Source: Moraxella nasicaprae
Lineage (GTDB): Bacteria; Pseudomonadota; Gammaproteobacteria; Pseudomonadales; Moraxellaceae
Length of the DNA stretch: 32,000 nt
Direction: 5' to 3'
Assembly (NCBI RefSeq): GCF_025643275.1
Contig: NZ_CP089977.1
Location: 1,350,001-1,382,000, forward strand
The notes beneath the pieces were generated by a model, which ran no database searches, had not been told where the DNA came from, and saw only the letters and a list, made by a program, of their open reading frames with translations. Made by a program: the position numbers and the translations under genes. This document shows, one piece after another, positions 9,209-22,069 of the stretch (position 1 is the first letter of the stretch; the number at the start of each line of letters is the position of its first letter).

Positions 9209-11893
9209 TTACGCCAAAGCTGCAATGATTTGATTTTTTAGTTGTGCCAAAGTATCCTCATCAAGCGTTCTGCCTTGCTTGCCACTTAAATAAAAAATAT
9301 CCTCAGCTCGCTCGCCCAAAGTTGTGATTCTAGCTCCATGCACTTCGATGTGCATCGTCTGAAAAATCAGCCCAAGTTGTGCCAAAAGAGATGGTCTGTC
9401 TTTGGTGATGAGCTGCATTTGGTGCAAGCCTTGATAAGCAAGGGTTTTGACGATGCTAAAATGCACTTGGGTTGGTATGGCAAAATGCTTAAACGAAGCG
9501 GTGGTAAATACCGATGGCACTTGGCAGGTTTGATGGCGTAAAGCGTCCATCAGTTGTGTGATGAGCTGTTGCTGGCGATGTGGGTCGTCTAGCAGGGCAG
9601 GTTGGTGCGTGCTGGTCAGTCGGTCAATCAAGACATAAGAATCTAGGGCGGTGGAAATGCCATTGAGCGTGGCGGTAAAAATACTAGCATCAAGCACGCT
9701 AAGCCCCAGCTTGTCTAAGGCACAAACCGTACTGGCAAATAGGTTTTCTTGGTCTGGCGAACAGATAAGCAGCTGAATACCGCCCAAAGACAAATCGGTA
9801 TGTCGTCTTAGGGCAATGATGGGCGTGCCAGCTTGCAAGGTGTCTTGATGAGCCAAAAGCTCGTCAGCCTGCCAAGCAATGTCGGCTGGTTTTTGTTTGA
9901 AAAAATATTCATCATCAAAAGATTGCCATAGTGTGTCTAGGGTGTCATCGGCGATGTTTGGCAACAGCTCTTTGGCTTTATCTTGTCTGTCTTTGATGAC
10001 GGTGGCTTGGTTGAGTGTGGCAAGTCCTAGGCTTAATGCTCGATGAGTGTTGATGTACAGCTGCTTTAATAAAGACGCTCGCCAACTATTCCAAAGCTGA
10101 GAGTTGGTGGCGTTCATGTCTGCCACGGTCAGCACATATAGGTAGTTAAGGCGAGTGATACTGCCACAAAATTCAGCAAAATCAGCGATGATTTGTGGGT
10201 CTGAAATGTCTTTTTTCTGAGCGGTCAAGGACATGGTTAAATGCTCTTGTACCAGCCAAGTGATGAAGTTGGTGTCTTCGTCATTCATGCCGTGACTTTG
10301 GCAAAATAAAGCCGCATCAACCGCCCCAAGCTGACTGTGATCGCCATTTCGTCCTTTGGCAATGTCATGAAAAACAGCAGCGATTGCCAAAATATCTTTT
10401 CGTTGAATGCTTTGATAAACCTGACTGACCAAATCGTATTTATCAGCATAAGCATCATCTAAGAAACGATGTAGCACACGAATGAGTAATAAAGTATGAG
10501 CATCAACTGTATAGCGATGAAATAAATCGTACTGCATCAGCCCTGTAATCTTGACAAAGGCTGGCAGATAGCCACCCAATACGCCACAGCGTTTCATCAG
10601 GCGAAGTCGATGAAAAAGATAGTTATTTTCTTGTAGATTGGCAAGAAAAAGTTGCTGGTGTTGAGGGTTATTTCGGTAATTGTCATCAATCAGATGGCAG
10701 GCGTGACCGATGGCTCTGAGGGTTTTGGCGTGGATTTTTTTGATGCCAAGTTTGCCCATGATTAAGAATATTTGTAATAAATAGTGCGGTTTTTTAAAAA
10801 ATATATCCGTCTGATAAGTGGCGATGTACTGACCATCTGTGTCAGTGATTTGACAAAAATCTTCATCAATCTTTGTGATGACAGGATTGCTTGGTAGATA
10901 ATTTTGTTTGATATAATCACAAAGCAGCTCGCTAAGAGCGGCAACTTGCATGGCGTGGCGATAATATTCACGCATTAGCGTTTCTAAGGCGGCTGTCAAG
11001 GCATGGTGGTCGTGCATTTGTTGGCACAGTCCAAGTGTGGCAACCAAACTTTTTTGATGGTCAAATAATAGACGGTCTTCGCCACGAGCTGTGATGGTGT
11101 GTAGATGATGACGAAGTAACCACAAAAAGGCTTGGGCATTTTGGAGGGTGGCTGCTTCGTCAGCGTGAATAAAATCGGTCTGTTTGTCGCTGTCCAAAAA
11201 TTTGGCAAGCCAGCCGATGATGTGAATATCTCTTAGACCACCAGGGGCATTTTTGATGTTGGGTTCTAGATTGTATTCGGTGGCGTTGTACAGGACATAG
11301 CGAGCTTTGCTTTCGTCAAGTTTGACACGACAAAAGTTTGCCAACTGCCAGTGGGTATTGATGGCTTGTTGGCAAAAGTCAAGCCAGCGTACATCGCCTG
11401 TCAAATGTCTGCTTTCAAGTAGGGCGGTGGCAATGGTATGGTCTTTGATGGCAAGAGTGGTGTCATCAGGATTGCGCACCGCAATGGCGGGCGTGATGCC
11501 AATATCCCAAAGAGCGGCAACAAATGCCTCGATGCTGGACTGATGCTGGTCAATGTCTTGACCAATCAATAAAATATCCACATCAGAGGCAGGCAACAGT
11601 TCACCTCGTCCATAGCCGCCAACCGCCAGCAATGCACATGTATTAGGCAGCTGATGTTGATGATATAGCTGCACCAAGATGGCATCGATGGCTTGTGTGC
11701 GTATGTCAATGGTTTGCTTGATGCAGTTGGTTGCTGTCAAGCCTAGTGCTGATAGGTGTGAGTGCAGGCTTTGATTAAGATGATGAAGCCATGAGCGGAT
11801 TTGGGCAGTGTCCGCCTGAGTGGGCAATGGCGTGATGGCAAGCCCAATCTGGTTTGCAGTATCAATAAGGGTGGCAAAGCAAGTATTGGGCAT
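9209..11893 (-). CDS. glnD: Bifunctional [protein-PII] uridylyltransferase/uridylyl-removing enzyme
   Basis: Nucleotidyltransferase motif GGYGRGELLPASDVDILL, HD domain (VFHDIAKGR) and two C-terminal ACT-like regions. I placed the start at the second ATG (11893), 6 nt after AGGAAG. The ORF-track ATG at 11899 directly abuts the SD sequence. The gene is tightly coupled to map. Confidence 0.93.
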   Translation of the reverse strand: MPNTCFATLIDTANQIGLAITPLPTQADTAQIRSWLHHLNQSLHSHLSALGLTATNCIKQTIDIRTQAIDAILVQLYHQHQLPNTCALLAVGGYGRGELLPASDVDILLIGQDIDQHQSSIEAFVAALWDIGITPAIAVRNPDDTTLAIKDHTIATALLESRHLTGDVRWLDFCQQAINTHWQLANFCRVKLDESKARYVLYNATEYNLEPNIKNAPGGLRDIHIIGWLAKFLDSDKQTDFIHADEAATLQNAQAFLWLLRHHLHTITARGEDRLLFDHQKSLVATLGLCQQMHDHHALTAALETLMREYYRHAMQVAALSELLCDYIKQNYLPSNPVITKIDEDFCQITDTDGQYIATYQTDIFFKKPHYLLQIFLIMGKLGIKKIHAKTLRAIGHACHLIDDNYRNNPQHQQLFLANLQENNYLFHRLRLMKRCGVLGGYLPAFVKITGLMQYDLFHRYTVDAHTLLLIRVLHRFLDDAYADKYDLVSQVYQSIQRKDILAIAAVFHDIAKGRNGDHSQLGAVDAALFCQSHGMNDEDTNFITWLVQEHLTMSLTAQKKDISDPQIIADFAEFCGSITRLNYLYVLTVADMNATNSQLWNSWRASLLKQLYINTHRALSLGLATLNQATVIKDRQDKAKELLPNIADDTLDTLWQSFDDEYFFKQKPADIAWQADELLAHQDTLQAGTPIIALRRHTDLSLGGIQLLICSPDQENLFASTVCALDKLGLSVLDASIFTATLNGISTALDSYVLIDRLTSTHQPALLDDPHRQQQLITQLMDALRHQTCQVPSVFTTASFKHFAIPTQVHFSIVKTLAYQGLHQMQLITKDRPSLLAQLGLIFQTMHIEVHGARITTLGERAEDIFYLSGKQGRTLDEDTLAQLKNQIIAALA

Positions 11894-11910
11894 GGTCATC
11901 TTCCTGTTTA

Positions 11911-12702
11911 TTAGCTATTTAAAAAACTTAAATCTTCGTCAGGGCGAGCGGTGGTGACGATACAGCCGTCATCAGTGACGATGATGGTGTGTTCCCATTG
12001 AGCAGATAGCTTGCGATCTTTGGTGATGGCGGTCCAGCCGTCTTTCATAACTTTGGTTTGCCATACCCCCTGATTAATCATCGGTTCAATGGTTAATGCC
12101 ATGCCTGTTTTTAGTTCAACACCTGTGCCAGCTTTACCATAGTGCAAGACTTGCGGTTCGGCGTGAAAAGTCTCGCCGATGCCATGACCACAGAATTCTC
12201 TGACGATGCTAAATCGTTCTGGCTCGACCACCGCTTGAATGGCTGCACCAATGTCGCCCAGTCTAGCACCGTTTTTGACGACTTTCATGCCAGCATACAA
12301 AGCCTCTTGGGCGACACGGCAGATACGCTGTGCCATCACAGAGCCCTCGCCAACAATCCACATTCTAGAAGTATCGCCATAGTAGCCATCTTTAATCACG
12401 GTAACATCAATGTTGATGATGTCGCCATCTTTTAGAATGCGTTCATGGTCGGGAATGCCATGACAAACCACATGGTTAATGCTGGTGCAGATGGATTTTG
12501 GAAAGCCATTATAATTGAGCGGTGCAGGAATCGCCTCTTGCACTTGGGTGATGTAGTGATGAGCCAAATCATCAAGTTCGCCCGTGCTGATGCCAGCTTT
12601 AACATGTTCATCAAGCATCACTAGCACATCTGCGGCCAGTTTACCAGCAATTTTCATCTTTTCGATGGCGACATCATCTAGGATTGGGATATTTTTACTC
12701 AT
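11911..12702 (-). CDS. map: Type I methionine aminopeptidase
   Basis: 263 aa with metal ligands in the D..D..H..E..E context (DIINIDVTV, GDTSRMW, FCGHGIG, LTIEPM, QWEHTI). The map-glnD order matches that in E. coli. Confidence 0.95.
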   Translation of the reverse strand: MSKNIPILDDVAIEKMKIAGKLAADVLVMLDEHVKAGISTGELDDLAHHYITQVQEAIPAPLNYNGFPKSICTSINHVVCHGIPDHERILKDGDIINIDVTVIKDGYYGDTSRMWIVGEGSVMAQRICRVAQEALYAGMKVVKNGARLGDIGAAIQAVVEPERFSIVREFCGHGIGETFHAEPQVLHYGKAGTGVELKTGMALTIEPMINQGVWQTKVMKDGWTAITKDRKLSAQWEHTIIVTDDGCIVTTARPDEDLSFLNS

Positions 12703-12726
12703 GATAAACCTTAACTTTTGATATAA

Positions 12727-12755
12727 AAAATGGGCAAATAATCTTTGCCCATTTT
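12727..12755 (-). terminator. Hairpin/terminator between the DUF442-type gene and map
   Basis: AAAATGGGCAAA (12727-12738) pairs with TTTGCCCATTTT (12744-12755). A T-run follows on the minus strand. The element sits only about 25 nt upstream of the map ATG. Confidence 0.6.
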
Positions 12756-12788
12756 ACCTTATTTTGGCGGTTTTCGCCATGTGCTATT

Positions 12789-13124
12789 TTATTCTTCGTC
12801 CAGCAAGTCTTGCTCACGGGCTGCTTGCAAAATGATGCTAGAACGATTACCTGAACGGCAAAAAATGTGCAATGGACGCTCGGTTGAGTTATAAAAATCG
12901 GCAAATTCCTCAACATGACGCATCTCTAACATACCGCCACTAAATGGAATATGACGGTAGATGATGCCGTGTTCTTGGGCGGCTTTGGCGATGTCATCAC
13001 TGGTTGGCTGACCTGCCTCTTCGCCATCAGGACGATTATTGACTAAGGTTTTAACTCCTTGTGCTGCCAGTGTTTTGACATCTTCTGGGGTGATTTGACC
13101 TGAAATGGTGATGGTGTTTTCCAT
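12789..13124 (-). CDS. TIGR01244/DUF442-family phosphatase-like (sulfur-transferase-associated) small protein
   Basis: 111 aa from the ATG at 13124. ITISGQITPEDV..VNNRPDGEE and the Cys loop FCRSGNRS are typical of this family (the Blh N-terminal domain type). Confidence 0.7.
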   Translation of the reverse strand: MENTITISGQITPEDVKTLAAQGVKTLVNNRPDGEEAGQPTSDDIAKAAQEHGIIYRHIPFSGGMLEMRHVEEFADFYNSTERPLHIFCRSGNRSSIILQAAREQDLLDEE

Positions 13125-13434
13125 AAAATCTCTCATCAAAATAAAAAAGGGTTTGTTACTAAAATCCATGCCATTAGAACATGATAAGGTGCTAATTTAC
13201 CAAGAAACCATTGACCGCCTTTGTCAAGATAAGGGCAGACAACAGTGTTGGTGGGCGATTTTCTAATATCATCAAGATAAAGACTATCACTAGCTTACTC
13301 TTAATTTTGGGTTTTGGCAAATGATTTGTGTGTCAAAATTTGGGTGTGATTTGATGTTAAAAAATCATCGTCATATTTTATGCGAAGATTTTATCAAGGG
13401 TCATTAAAATTATGTTAAAATAATCATTAAATAA

Positions 13435-15618
<2,184 letters not shown>

Positions 15619-15627
15619 TGCATTGAT

Positions 15628-15661
15628 AAAAAAACCGCCCAAATAATTGGGCGGTTTTTTG
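15628..15661. terminator. Bidirectional terminator between convergent fadH and glyA
   Basis: A-run, then CCGCCCA (15635-15641) pairing with TGGGCGG (15648-15654), then T-run. Confidence 0.85.
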
Positions 15662-15665
15662 TGTA

Positions 15666-16928
15666 TCACGATTTGATGTTGCGTTCATACACAGGTAGGC
15701 GTTTGCAGATGTCAGCCACTTTGGTGCGAACTGCTGACAAGACAGCTTCATCGCCTTTTGCGTCTAGCACATCACAAATCCAACCAGCCAATTCACGAAC
15801 ATCGTCTTCTTTAAAGCCACGAGTGGTAACGGCAGGTGTACCGATGCGAATGCCAGAGGTAACAAATGGCGATTTTGGGTCGTTTGGCACGGCGTTTTTG
15901 TTTACGGTGATGTGAGCATCGCCCAGCCATTTGTCCGCTTCTTTGCCTGTGATACCTTGTTTGATGAGGCTGACAAGCATGAGATGATTTTGCGTGCCAC
16001 CAGAAACCACATCATAGCCACGAGAGATGATGACCTCTGCCATTGCTTGGGCGTTTTTGATGACCTGAGCTTGATAGGCTTTGTATTCTTCGCTCAATGC
16101 TTCTTTAAAGCAAACAGCTTTTGCAGCCACAGCATGCACCAAAGGACCGCCTTGTGAGCCAGGGAAAACGGCTGAATTCAGCTTTTTCTCAATTTCTTCG
16201 TTGGCACGAGCCAAGATAAGACCTGAACGAGGGCCACGCAAGGTTTTGTGCGTTGTGGTAGTGGTCACATCGGCGATTTGCACAGGGCTAGGATATAGAC
16301 CTGCTGCCACCAGACCTGCCACATGAGCCATATCAACCATCAAATACGCACCAACTTCATCAGCGATTTCACGGAATTTTTGCCAATCAACGACTTGGCT
16401 ATATGCACTAAAACCAGCAATAATCATCTTTGGCTTGTGTTCACGAGCAAGGCGAGCCACTTCTTCATAGTCAATCAGACCATTTTCGTCAATGCCGTAT
16501 TGTACTGCATTGTAAGTCTTGCCAGAAAATGAAACAGTCGCTCCGTGTGTCAAATGTCCACCATGAGCCAAGCTCATGCCAAGCACGGTATCGCCAGCTT
16601 CCAGTAGAGCAAGAAAGACTGCTGCGTTAGCGTTTGAGCCTGAGTGTGGCTGAACATTGGCGTAATCAGCACCGAACAATTCTTTGGCACGGTCGATGGC
16701 AAGTTGCTCAATGCCGTCCACATATTCACAGCCGCCATAGTAGCGTTTGGCAGGATAGCCTTCGGCGTATTTGTTGGTCAAAGATGAGCCTTGTGCTTCC
16801 ATGACCGCAGGCGAGCAATAGTTTTCGGAGGCAATCAGCTCGATGTGGTCTTCTTGACGCTGAGTTTCAGCATCAATCAAAGCTGCTAAGTCTGGGTCAT
16901 ATTGGTGCAAAGAAAGTTCTTTAAACAT
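15666..16928 (-). CDS. glyA: Serine hydroxymethyltransferase
   Basis: 420 aa. Conserved motifs ELIASENY and the PLP-lysine region [19 protein letters not shown] lies 7 nt upstream of the ATG. Confidence 0.97.
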   Translation of the reverse strand: MFKELSLHQYDPDLAALIDAETQRQEDHIELIASENYCSPAVMEAQGSSLTNKYAEGYPAKRYYGGCEYVDGIEQLAIDRAKELFGADYANVQPHSGSNANAAVFLALLEAGDTVLGMSLAHGGHLTHGATVSFSGKTYNAVQYGIDENGLIDYEEVARLAREHKPKMIIAGFSAYSQVVDWQKFREIADEVGAYLMVDMAHVAGLVAAGLYPSPVQIADVTTTTTHKTLRGPRSGLILARANEEIEKKLNSAVFPGSQGGPLVHAVAAKAVCFKEALSEEYKAYQAQVIKNAQAMAEVIISRGYDVVSGGTQNHLMLVSLIKQGITGKEADKWLGDAHITVNKNAVPNDPKSPFVTSGIRIGTPAVTTRGFKEDDVRELAGWICDVLDAKGDEAVLSAVRTKVADICKRLPVYERNIKS

Positions 16929-17300
16929 GGCAGTTTCCTTAGTATGATTTAAATTGCATAAAAAAGTTGTTTGGCTAGTTTAGCATATTTTTGACCAAGA
17001 AAACCATCAAAACAAAAAATAGTGCGGATAATTTTGTCAGGGCTGGTGTAGGTTCTGCCATAACCTTATGCTACCGTCTTAAAAGTAGGTGGCTTTGGCG
17101 ATGATGCTTTGATGGCTGAATTTAGATTGGTATTTTAAACAAAAAAGATGACCGTTTTCTTGTTGGTGTGGTGATTTTTAAGTAACTACTTGACTTGGAT
17201 TTATCGCTTGGTTTGCAATAAGCTGGTGTGATATTGTAGTGTGGTGCAAATGATAATCTGTACTGGGTTTTTGGTCGGATAGACAGCCTTGTGTAACCAG

Positions 17301-17774
17301 TTATGATGAGCAAATGTTGGCAAAATTATCCAAAAATAATTCATCAATCAACAGGGGTCTGCCTTGATGGTTGTATAGTGTGCGTCTGCCATGACAGCCG
17401 TTGGTTTGGTAATACTGCCTGCGATGCGGTAATTTGCGGTATTTTTTGAATAAAACATAGCCGATGGGTGTATTGCCAAGATGGCTAAGTCGTTTGAGTT
17501 CTCCTGTCAGGCTTGATAGGGGGAAAATGCTGGTGGCTTGCACCCAAGCGATGTCGTTGCCATAGAGCAGGACGGTGCGTATTTTTGCTAATTGGGGACG
17601 ATTGGGCGGCAGACCAAGCTGATGTTTTTGCTTGATGGTTAAGGGTTTGATGCATTCACAAAGAACTTGCACGGTCAATGGTTTACCTGCTTTTTTTTCG
17701 AGCAAGGCGGTCAGTGAGCCTGTGGAGGTCAAGTAAGACGACAGAGCAGGTGGTGGTATTGGCATTGGCAACAT
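17301..17774 (-). CDS. ubiC: Chorismate pyruvate-lyase
   Basis: 157 aa. TGSLTALLE, NTPIGYVLF and GRPLLIDELFL match UbiC-family signatures. No recognisable SD. No ubiA gene lies downstream. Confidence 0.7.
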   Translation of the reverse strand: MLPMPIPPPALSSYLTSTGSLTALLEKKAGKPLTVQVLCECIKPLTIKQKHQLGLPPNRPQLAKIRTVLLYGNDIAWVQATSIFPLSSLTGELKRLSHLGNTPIGYVLFKKYRKLPHRRQYYQTNGCHGRRTLYNHQGRPLLIDELFLDNFANICSS

Positions 17775-18053
17775 GATTTTTTAATGACAATGCGGATTAT
17801 TGTATCACGATTTGTGTCATGTTGGTGATGATTTTGCTTGATAAATCATGAATTTAAATGATGTTCTTCATGGTATTTTTTTAAAAAATAGCCAACATTG
17901 GGCTGAGATATTGGATAAATGATTGGGTTTTGGGTATGCTTATGGCATGAATTAGATGAAAGATGAACAGATGGTTTTGGTTCATTGTCTGATTTTGTCA
18001 ATACAGGTCATCGCCTGTCGCCAGTTGTATGTCAGAAATTAAAGGAGTTTATC

Positions 18054-19652
18054 ATGACTTACCAATCAGCCCTAGAACACGTTCGCTCCGTCAAAGCCAA
18101 ACTTGGCGGCACTTGGCACGCTATCCGCCCAGAAGATGCCGCCCGTATGATTGTCCAAAACCGCTTTAAAACTGGTCTTGACATCGCCAAATACACTGCA
18201 AGTATCATGCGAAAAGATATGGCAGAGTACGATGCCGACAACTCCAAATACACCCAATCACTCGGCTGTTGGCACGGCTTTATCGCCCAGCAAAAAATGA
18301 TTGCCAACAAAAAATACTTTGGCACAACAAACAAACGCTACATCTACCTATCAGGCTGGATGGTCGCCGCCCTTCGCTCTGAGTTTGGTCCGCTACCTGA
18401 CCAGTCTATGCACGAAAAAACCGCCGTGCCAAAGCTTATTGAAGAGATTTACACTTTTCTTCGCCAAGCCGATGCCAAAGAGCTAAATGACCTATTTCGT
18501 GCCTTACAAAAAGCAGAGCAAGCGGGCGATACGGCAAAGGTAAAAGAAATTGAAAGCCAAATTGACAACTTTGAAACCCACGTTGTGCCAATCATCGCCG
18601 ACATTGACGCAGGTTTTGGTAACGAAGAGGCGACCTACCTTTTGACCAAACAAATGATTGAGGCAGGTGCGTGTGCCATTCAAATTGAAAACCAAGTCTC
18701 GGACGCCAAGCAGTGCGGACACCAAGCAGGTAAAGTAACCGTACCACACGAAGACTTCCTAGCTAAGATTAACGCTGTACGCTATGCCTTCTTGGAGCTT
18801 GGTGTGGACGAGGGCGTAATTGTCGCTCGTACTGACTCTGAGGGTGCTGACCTTACCCAAAAAATCCCTGTCAGCCGTGAACCGGGTGATTTGGCAAGCA
18901 AATACATCAGCTACCTAGAAACCACTGAAATTGACATCTCAGAAGCCAAAGAAGATGAAATCCTTATCAAGCGTAACGGCAAACTGCACCGCCCAACTCG
19001 CTTGCCATCAGGTCTGTATCAGTTCCGTGAGGGTACTCAGCACGAGCGTGTCGTTCTTGACTGCGTAACCAGCTTGCAAAACGGTGCCGATATGATTTGG
19101 ATTGAGACCCCAACCCCAGATGTGGCAGGCATTGCAAGTTTTGTCAATGACATCAAAAAACAAGTGCCAAATGCCAAACTGGTGTACAACAACTCACCAT
19201 CATTTAACTGGACGATTAACTTTCGTCAGCAAGCCTATGACCGTTGGGTTGCCGAAGGTAAAGATGTCTCAGGCTATGAGCGTGATAAGCTAATGGATGC
19301 TAAGTATGACGACAGCGAGCTGTCAAAAGATGCGGACGAAAAAATCCGTACTTTCCAAGCGGACGCTGCTCGTGAGGCAGGCGTGTTCCATCACTTGATT
19401 ACCTTGCCAACTTACCACACCGCAGCCCTATCTACGCACGAGCTTGCCAAAGGCTACTTTGGCGATGAAGGTATGCTCGCTTATGTCGCTGGCGTACAGC
19501 GTAAAGAGATTCGTGGCGGTATCGCTTGCGTCAAGCACCAAGCAATGGCAGGCTCAGACATCGGCGATGACCACAAAGAGATTTTCTCTGGTGAAAATGC
19601 CCTAAAAGCTGGTGATGCGACCAAGAACACGATGAACCAGTTTGGTGGTTAA
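18054..19652 (+). CDS. aceA: Isocitrate lyase (long, about 530-aa Pseudomonas/Acinetobacter-type)
   Basis: 532 aa from the ATG at 18054, which sits behind AAAGGAG. Active-site KQCGH loop (DAKQCGHQAGK). IADIDAGFGN is present. Confidence 0.93.
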   Translation: MTYQSALEHVRSVKAKLGGTWHAIRPEDAARMIVQNRFKTGLDIAKYTASIMRKDMAEYDADNSKYTQSLGCWHGFIAQQKMIANKKYFGTTNKRYIYLSGWMVAALRSEFGPLPDQSMHEKTAVPKLIEEIYTFLRQADAKELNDLFRALQKAEQAGDTAKVKEIESQIDNFETHVVPIIADIDAGFGNEEATYLLTKQMIEAGACAIQIENQVSDAKQCGHQAGKVTVPHEDFLAKINAVRYAFLELGVDEGVIVARTDSEGADLTQKIPVSREPGDLASKYISYLETTEIDISEAKEDEILIKRNGKLHRPTRLPSGLYQFREGTQHERVVLDCVTSLQNGADMIWIETPTPDVAGIASFVNDIKKQVPNAKLVYNNSPSFNWTINFRQQAYDRWVAEGKDVSGYERDKLMDAKYDDSELSKDADEKIRTFQADAAREAGVFHHLITLPTYHTAALSTHELAKGYFGDEGMLAYVAGVQRKEIRGGIACVKHQAMAGSDIGDDHKEIFSGENALKAGDATKNTMNQFGG

Positions 19653-19692
19653 TGCCAATTCGTTAAGTTGATTGATAAATTCAATCAATAGC

Positions 19693-19733
19693 ACAAAAGG
19701 CGTTTTGGCGGTTGTCAGAATGCCTTTTGTTTT
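19693..19733 (+). terminator. Putative terminator after aceA
   Basis: ACAAAAGGC (19693-19701) pairs with GCCTTTTGT (19722-19730) across a 20-nt loop, followed by TTT. Confidence 0.5.
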
Positions 19734-19749
19734 AAATATCATAAAGTCA

Positions 19750-19822
19750 GAAAACCGTTCGTGGTGAGCTTGTCGAACCACAACGGTTTTCGTTCCACCC
19801 TTCGACAAGCTCAGGGCGAACG
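19750..19822. repeat. REP/MITE-like palindromic intergenic element (two inverted about 25-nt units)
   Basis: Unit 1 contains TGAGCTTGTCGAA (19765-19777), flanked by GAAAACCGTTCGTGG and CCACAACGGTTTTC. Unit 2 contains the exact complement TTCGACAAGCTCA (19801-19813), flanked by CGTTCCACCC and GGGCGAACG. Confidence 0.65.
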
Positions 19823-19875
19823 AAAAATCTTGATTTTACAGTAATTTTTATTATTATTTTTTTAAGGAAAAAATT

Positions 19876-22053
19876 ATGCCAACCACTCGTATCCAAAAAG
19901 GCTCTCTTGCCATTGACAAAATTCTCTATGACTTTATTGAAAATGAAGCCCTACCTGTGGCAAAAACGGTGCTGGACATTGACAGCGACCGTTATTGGGC
20001 GAATTTTGAAAAGGTTGTTTTGGAGTTAACGCCCAAAAACAAAGCCCTACTTGCCAAGCGAGACGAGCTACAAGCCAAGATTGATGACTGGCACAAAAAC
20101 AACGCTTATGAGCTATCGGCTTACAAAAATTTCTTGACCGACATCGGCTATCTTGAACCTGTGGTTGCCGATTTTAAGATTGAGACTGCCAATGTGGACG
20201 ATGAGATTGCCACCATCTCTGGGGCTCAGCTCGTTGTACCTGTGCGTAACGCTCGCTACGCCCTAAATGCCACCAACGCTCGCTGGGGCAGTCTGTATGA
20301 CGCTTTGTATGGCTTTGATGTGATACCAGAAGATAATGGTGCAGAAAAAGGCAAGGGTTACAACCCTGTGCGTGGGGCGAAAGTCATTGAATTTGCCAAA
20401 AATTTCCTTGATGAAACTTATCCTTTAACAGACGGCTCACACGCTGATGTTACCGCTTATACGATTGACAATGGCAAATTGTCCGCCAAGATTGGCGATA
20501 AAGTGGCAAGCTTAAAGGACAGTGGACAGCTTATCGGCTTTAACGGTACGGCGGACAACCCCACAGAAATTATCCTAAAAAACAATGGCTTACACACCAT
20601 CATCGCCATTGACCGCACGCACTTGATTGGCAAAGACGATAAGGCGGGCGTTAAAGATGTCATCTTGGAAGCGGCGGTTACCACCATTCAAGACCTAGAA
20701 GACTCTGTGGCTGCCGTGGATGCCGAAGAAAAGGTAGAAGGCTATCGCAACTGGCTTGGGCTAATGAAAGGCGATTTGTCTGAAAACTTAGAAAAAAATG
20801 GCAAAACCATCACTCGTACGCTAAATGCCGACCGCACCTACACCGACCTAAACGGCAACACTCAGACCCTGCACGGTCGCTCGGTAATGCTCCTAAGAAA
20901 TGTGGGGCATTTGATGACTAATCCTGCTATCTTGGTGGGTGGCGAAGAGATTTTTGAAGGCATTATGGACGCACTCATCACGCCGATGCTGACTGCCATT
21001 GACATTATGGGCAAAAATACACTCAAAAACTCTCGCACAGGCTCAATGTACATCGTCAAGCCCAAAATGCACGGCTCTGATGAAGTTGCCTTTGCCGTAG
21101 AGCTATTTGAGAGAGCCGAACAAGCCATCGGACTGCCTGCCAAATCGGTCAAAATGGGCATTATGGACGAAGAAAAACGCACTTCGGCAAATTTAAAAAA
21201 CTGTATCCAAAAGGCAAAAGACCGCACCATCTTCATCAATACAGGCTTTATGGACAGAACGGGGGACGAGATTCACACCGCAATGCAGGCAGGGGCGTTT
21301 GTACGAAAAGGCGAGATTAAGGGGCAGACTTGGTTTAACGCCTATGAAAAACGCAATGTCGGCATTGGTCTGGCAACTGGTCTTTTGGGTAAAGCCCAAA
21401 TCGGCAAAGGTATGTGGCCCAAGCCTGATGAGCTAGCGGAAATGTACCGCACCAAGATTGAGCACCCCACCGCAGGGGCAAGCTGTGCGTGGGTACCTAG
21501 CCCAAATGGGGCGACCATTCACGCCATTCATTACCATCAGGTGAGCGTCAAAGACCGCCAAAGTAAGCTTTTGACCGAAGGTTATCCAAGCCTTGATGAG
21601 CTTTTGACATTGCCTTTGGCGACCGACACTAACTGGACGGACGAGGAAAAACAAAAAGAGCTAGACAATAATTGTCAAGGCATCTTGGGCTATGTCGTGC
21701 GGTGGGTAGATTTGGGTGTGGGCTGTTCAAAAGTGCCTGATATTAACAATGTGGGGCTAATGGAAGACCGTGCAACTTTGCGGATTTCAAGTCAGCACAT
21801 CGCCAACTGGCTGGCTCACGGCGTTGTGTCAGAGAGCCAAGTTTGGGACACCCTAAAACGCATGGCAAAAGTCGTGGACGAACAAAATGCGTCCGACCCT
21901 GCCTATCGTCCAATGTCGGCGGATTTTGAGAGCAATATCGCCTTTAATGCCGCCGCCGACCTTATCTTTAAGGGAGCGACCGAGCCAAGCGGTTATACCG
22001 AGCCACTACTGCATAAGGCAAGATTAAAACTTAAAGGCTATCAGGGCGATTGA
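19876..22053 (+). CDS. glcB: Malate synthase G
   Basis: 725 aa, which is the size of the G-type enzyme. Conserved blocks are present ([37 protein letters not shown]). AAGGA lies 7 nt upstream of the ATG. Confidence 0.95.
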   Translation: MPTTRIQKGSLAIDKILYDFIENEALPVAKTVLDIDSDRYWANFEKVVLELTPKNKALLAKRDELQAKIDDWHKNNAYELSAYKNFLTDIGYLEPVVADFKIETANVDDEIATISGAQLVVPVRNARYALNATNARWGSLYDALYGFDVIPEDNGAEKGKGYNPVRGAKVIEFAKNFLDETYPLTDGSHADVTAYTIDNGKLSAKIGDKVASLKDSGQLIGFNGTADNPTEIILKNNGLHTIIAIDRTHLIGKDDKAGVKDVILEAAVTTIQDLEDSVAAVDAEEKVEGYRNWLGLMKGDLSENLEKNGKTITRTLNADRTYTDLNGNTQTLHGRSVMLLRNVGHLMTNPAILVGGEEIFEGIMDALITPMLTAIDIMGKNTLKNSRTGSMYIVKPKMHGSDEVAFAVELFERAEQAIGLPAKSVKMGIMDEEKRTSANLKNCIQKAKDRTIFINTGFMDRTGDEIHTAMQAGAFVRKGEIKGQTWFNAYEKRNVGIGLATGLLGKAQIGKGMWPKPDELAEMYRTKIEHPTAGASCAWVPSPNGATIHAIHYHQVSVKDRQSKLLTEGYPSLDELLTLPLATDTNWTDEEKQKELDNNCQGILGYVVRWVDLGVGCSKVPDINNVGLMEDRATLRISSQHIANWLAHGVVSESQVWDTLKRMAKVVDEQNASDPAYRPMSADFESNIAFNAAADLIFKGATEPSGYTEPLLHKARLKLKGYQGD

Positions 22054-22069
22054 TTAACTTAATAAAAAC

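Noticed and set aside
16929-17300. A possible riboswitch (ZTP/pfl, THF or glycine) in the glyA leader.
   Set aside because: I could not find the conserved cores by eye on the glyA strand, for example the CCGCCTGGGC-type ZTP pseudoknot element. A covariance-model scan is needed to be certain.
17122-17313. 63-aa minus-strand ORF overlapping the ubiC stop codon.
   Set aside because: No SD, Ser/Lys/Pro-rich non-protein-like composition, and it lies in the glyA upstream spacer.
19602-19808. 68-aa minus-strand ORF (..VVRQAHHERF..).
   Set aside because: It is a read-through translation of the REP-like palindrome and the aceA 3' end. This is a classic repeat-derived false gene.
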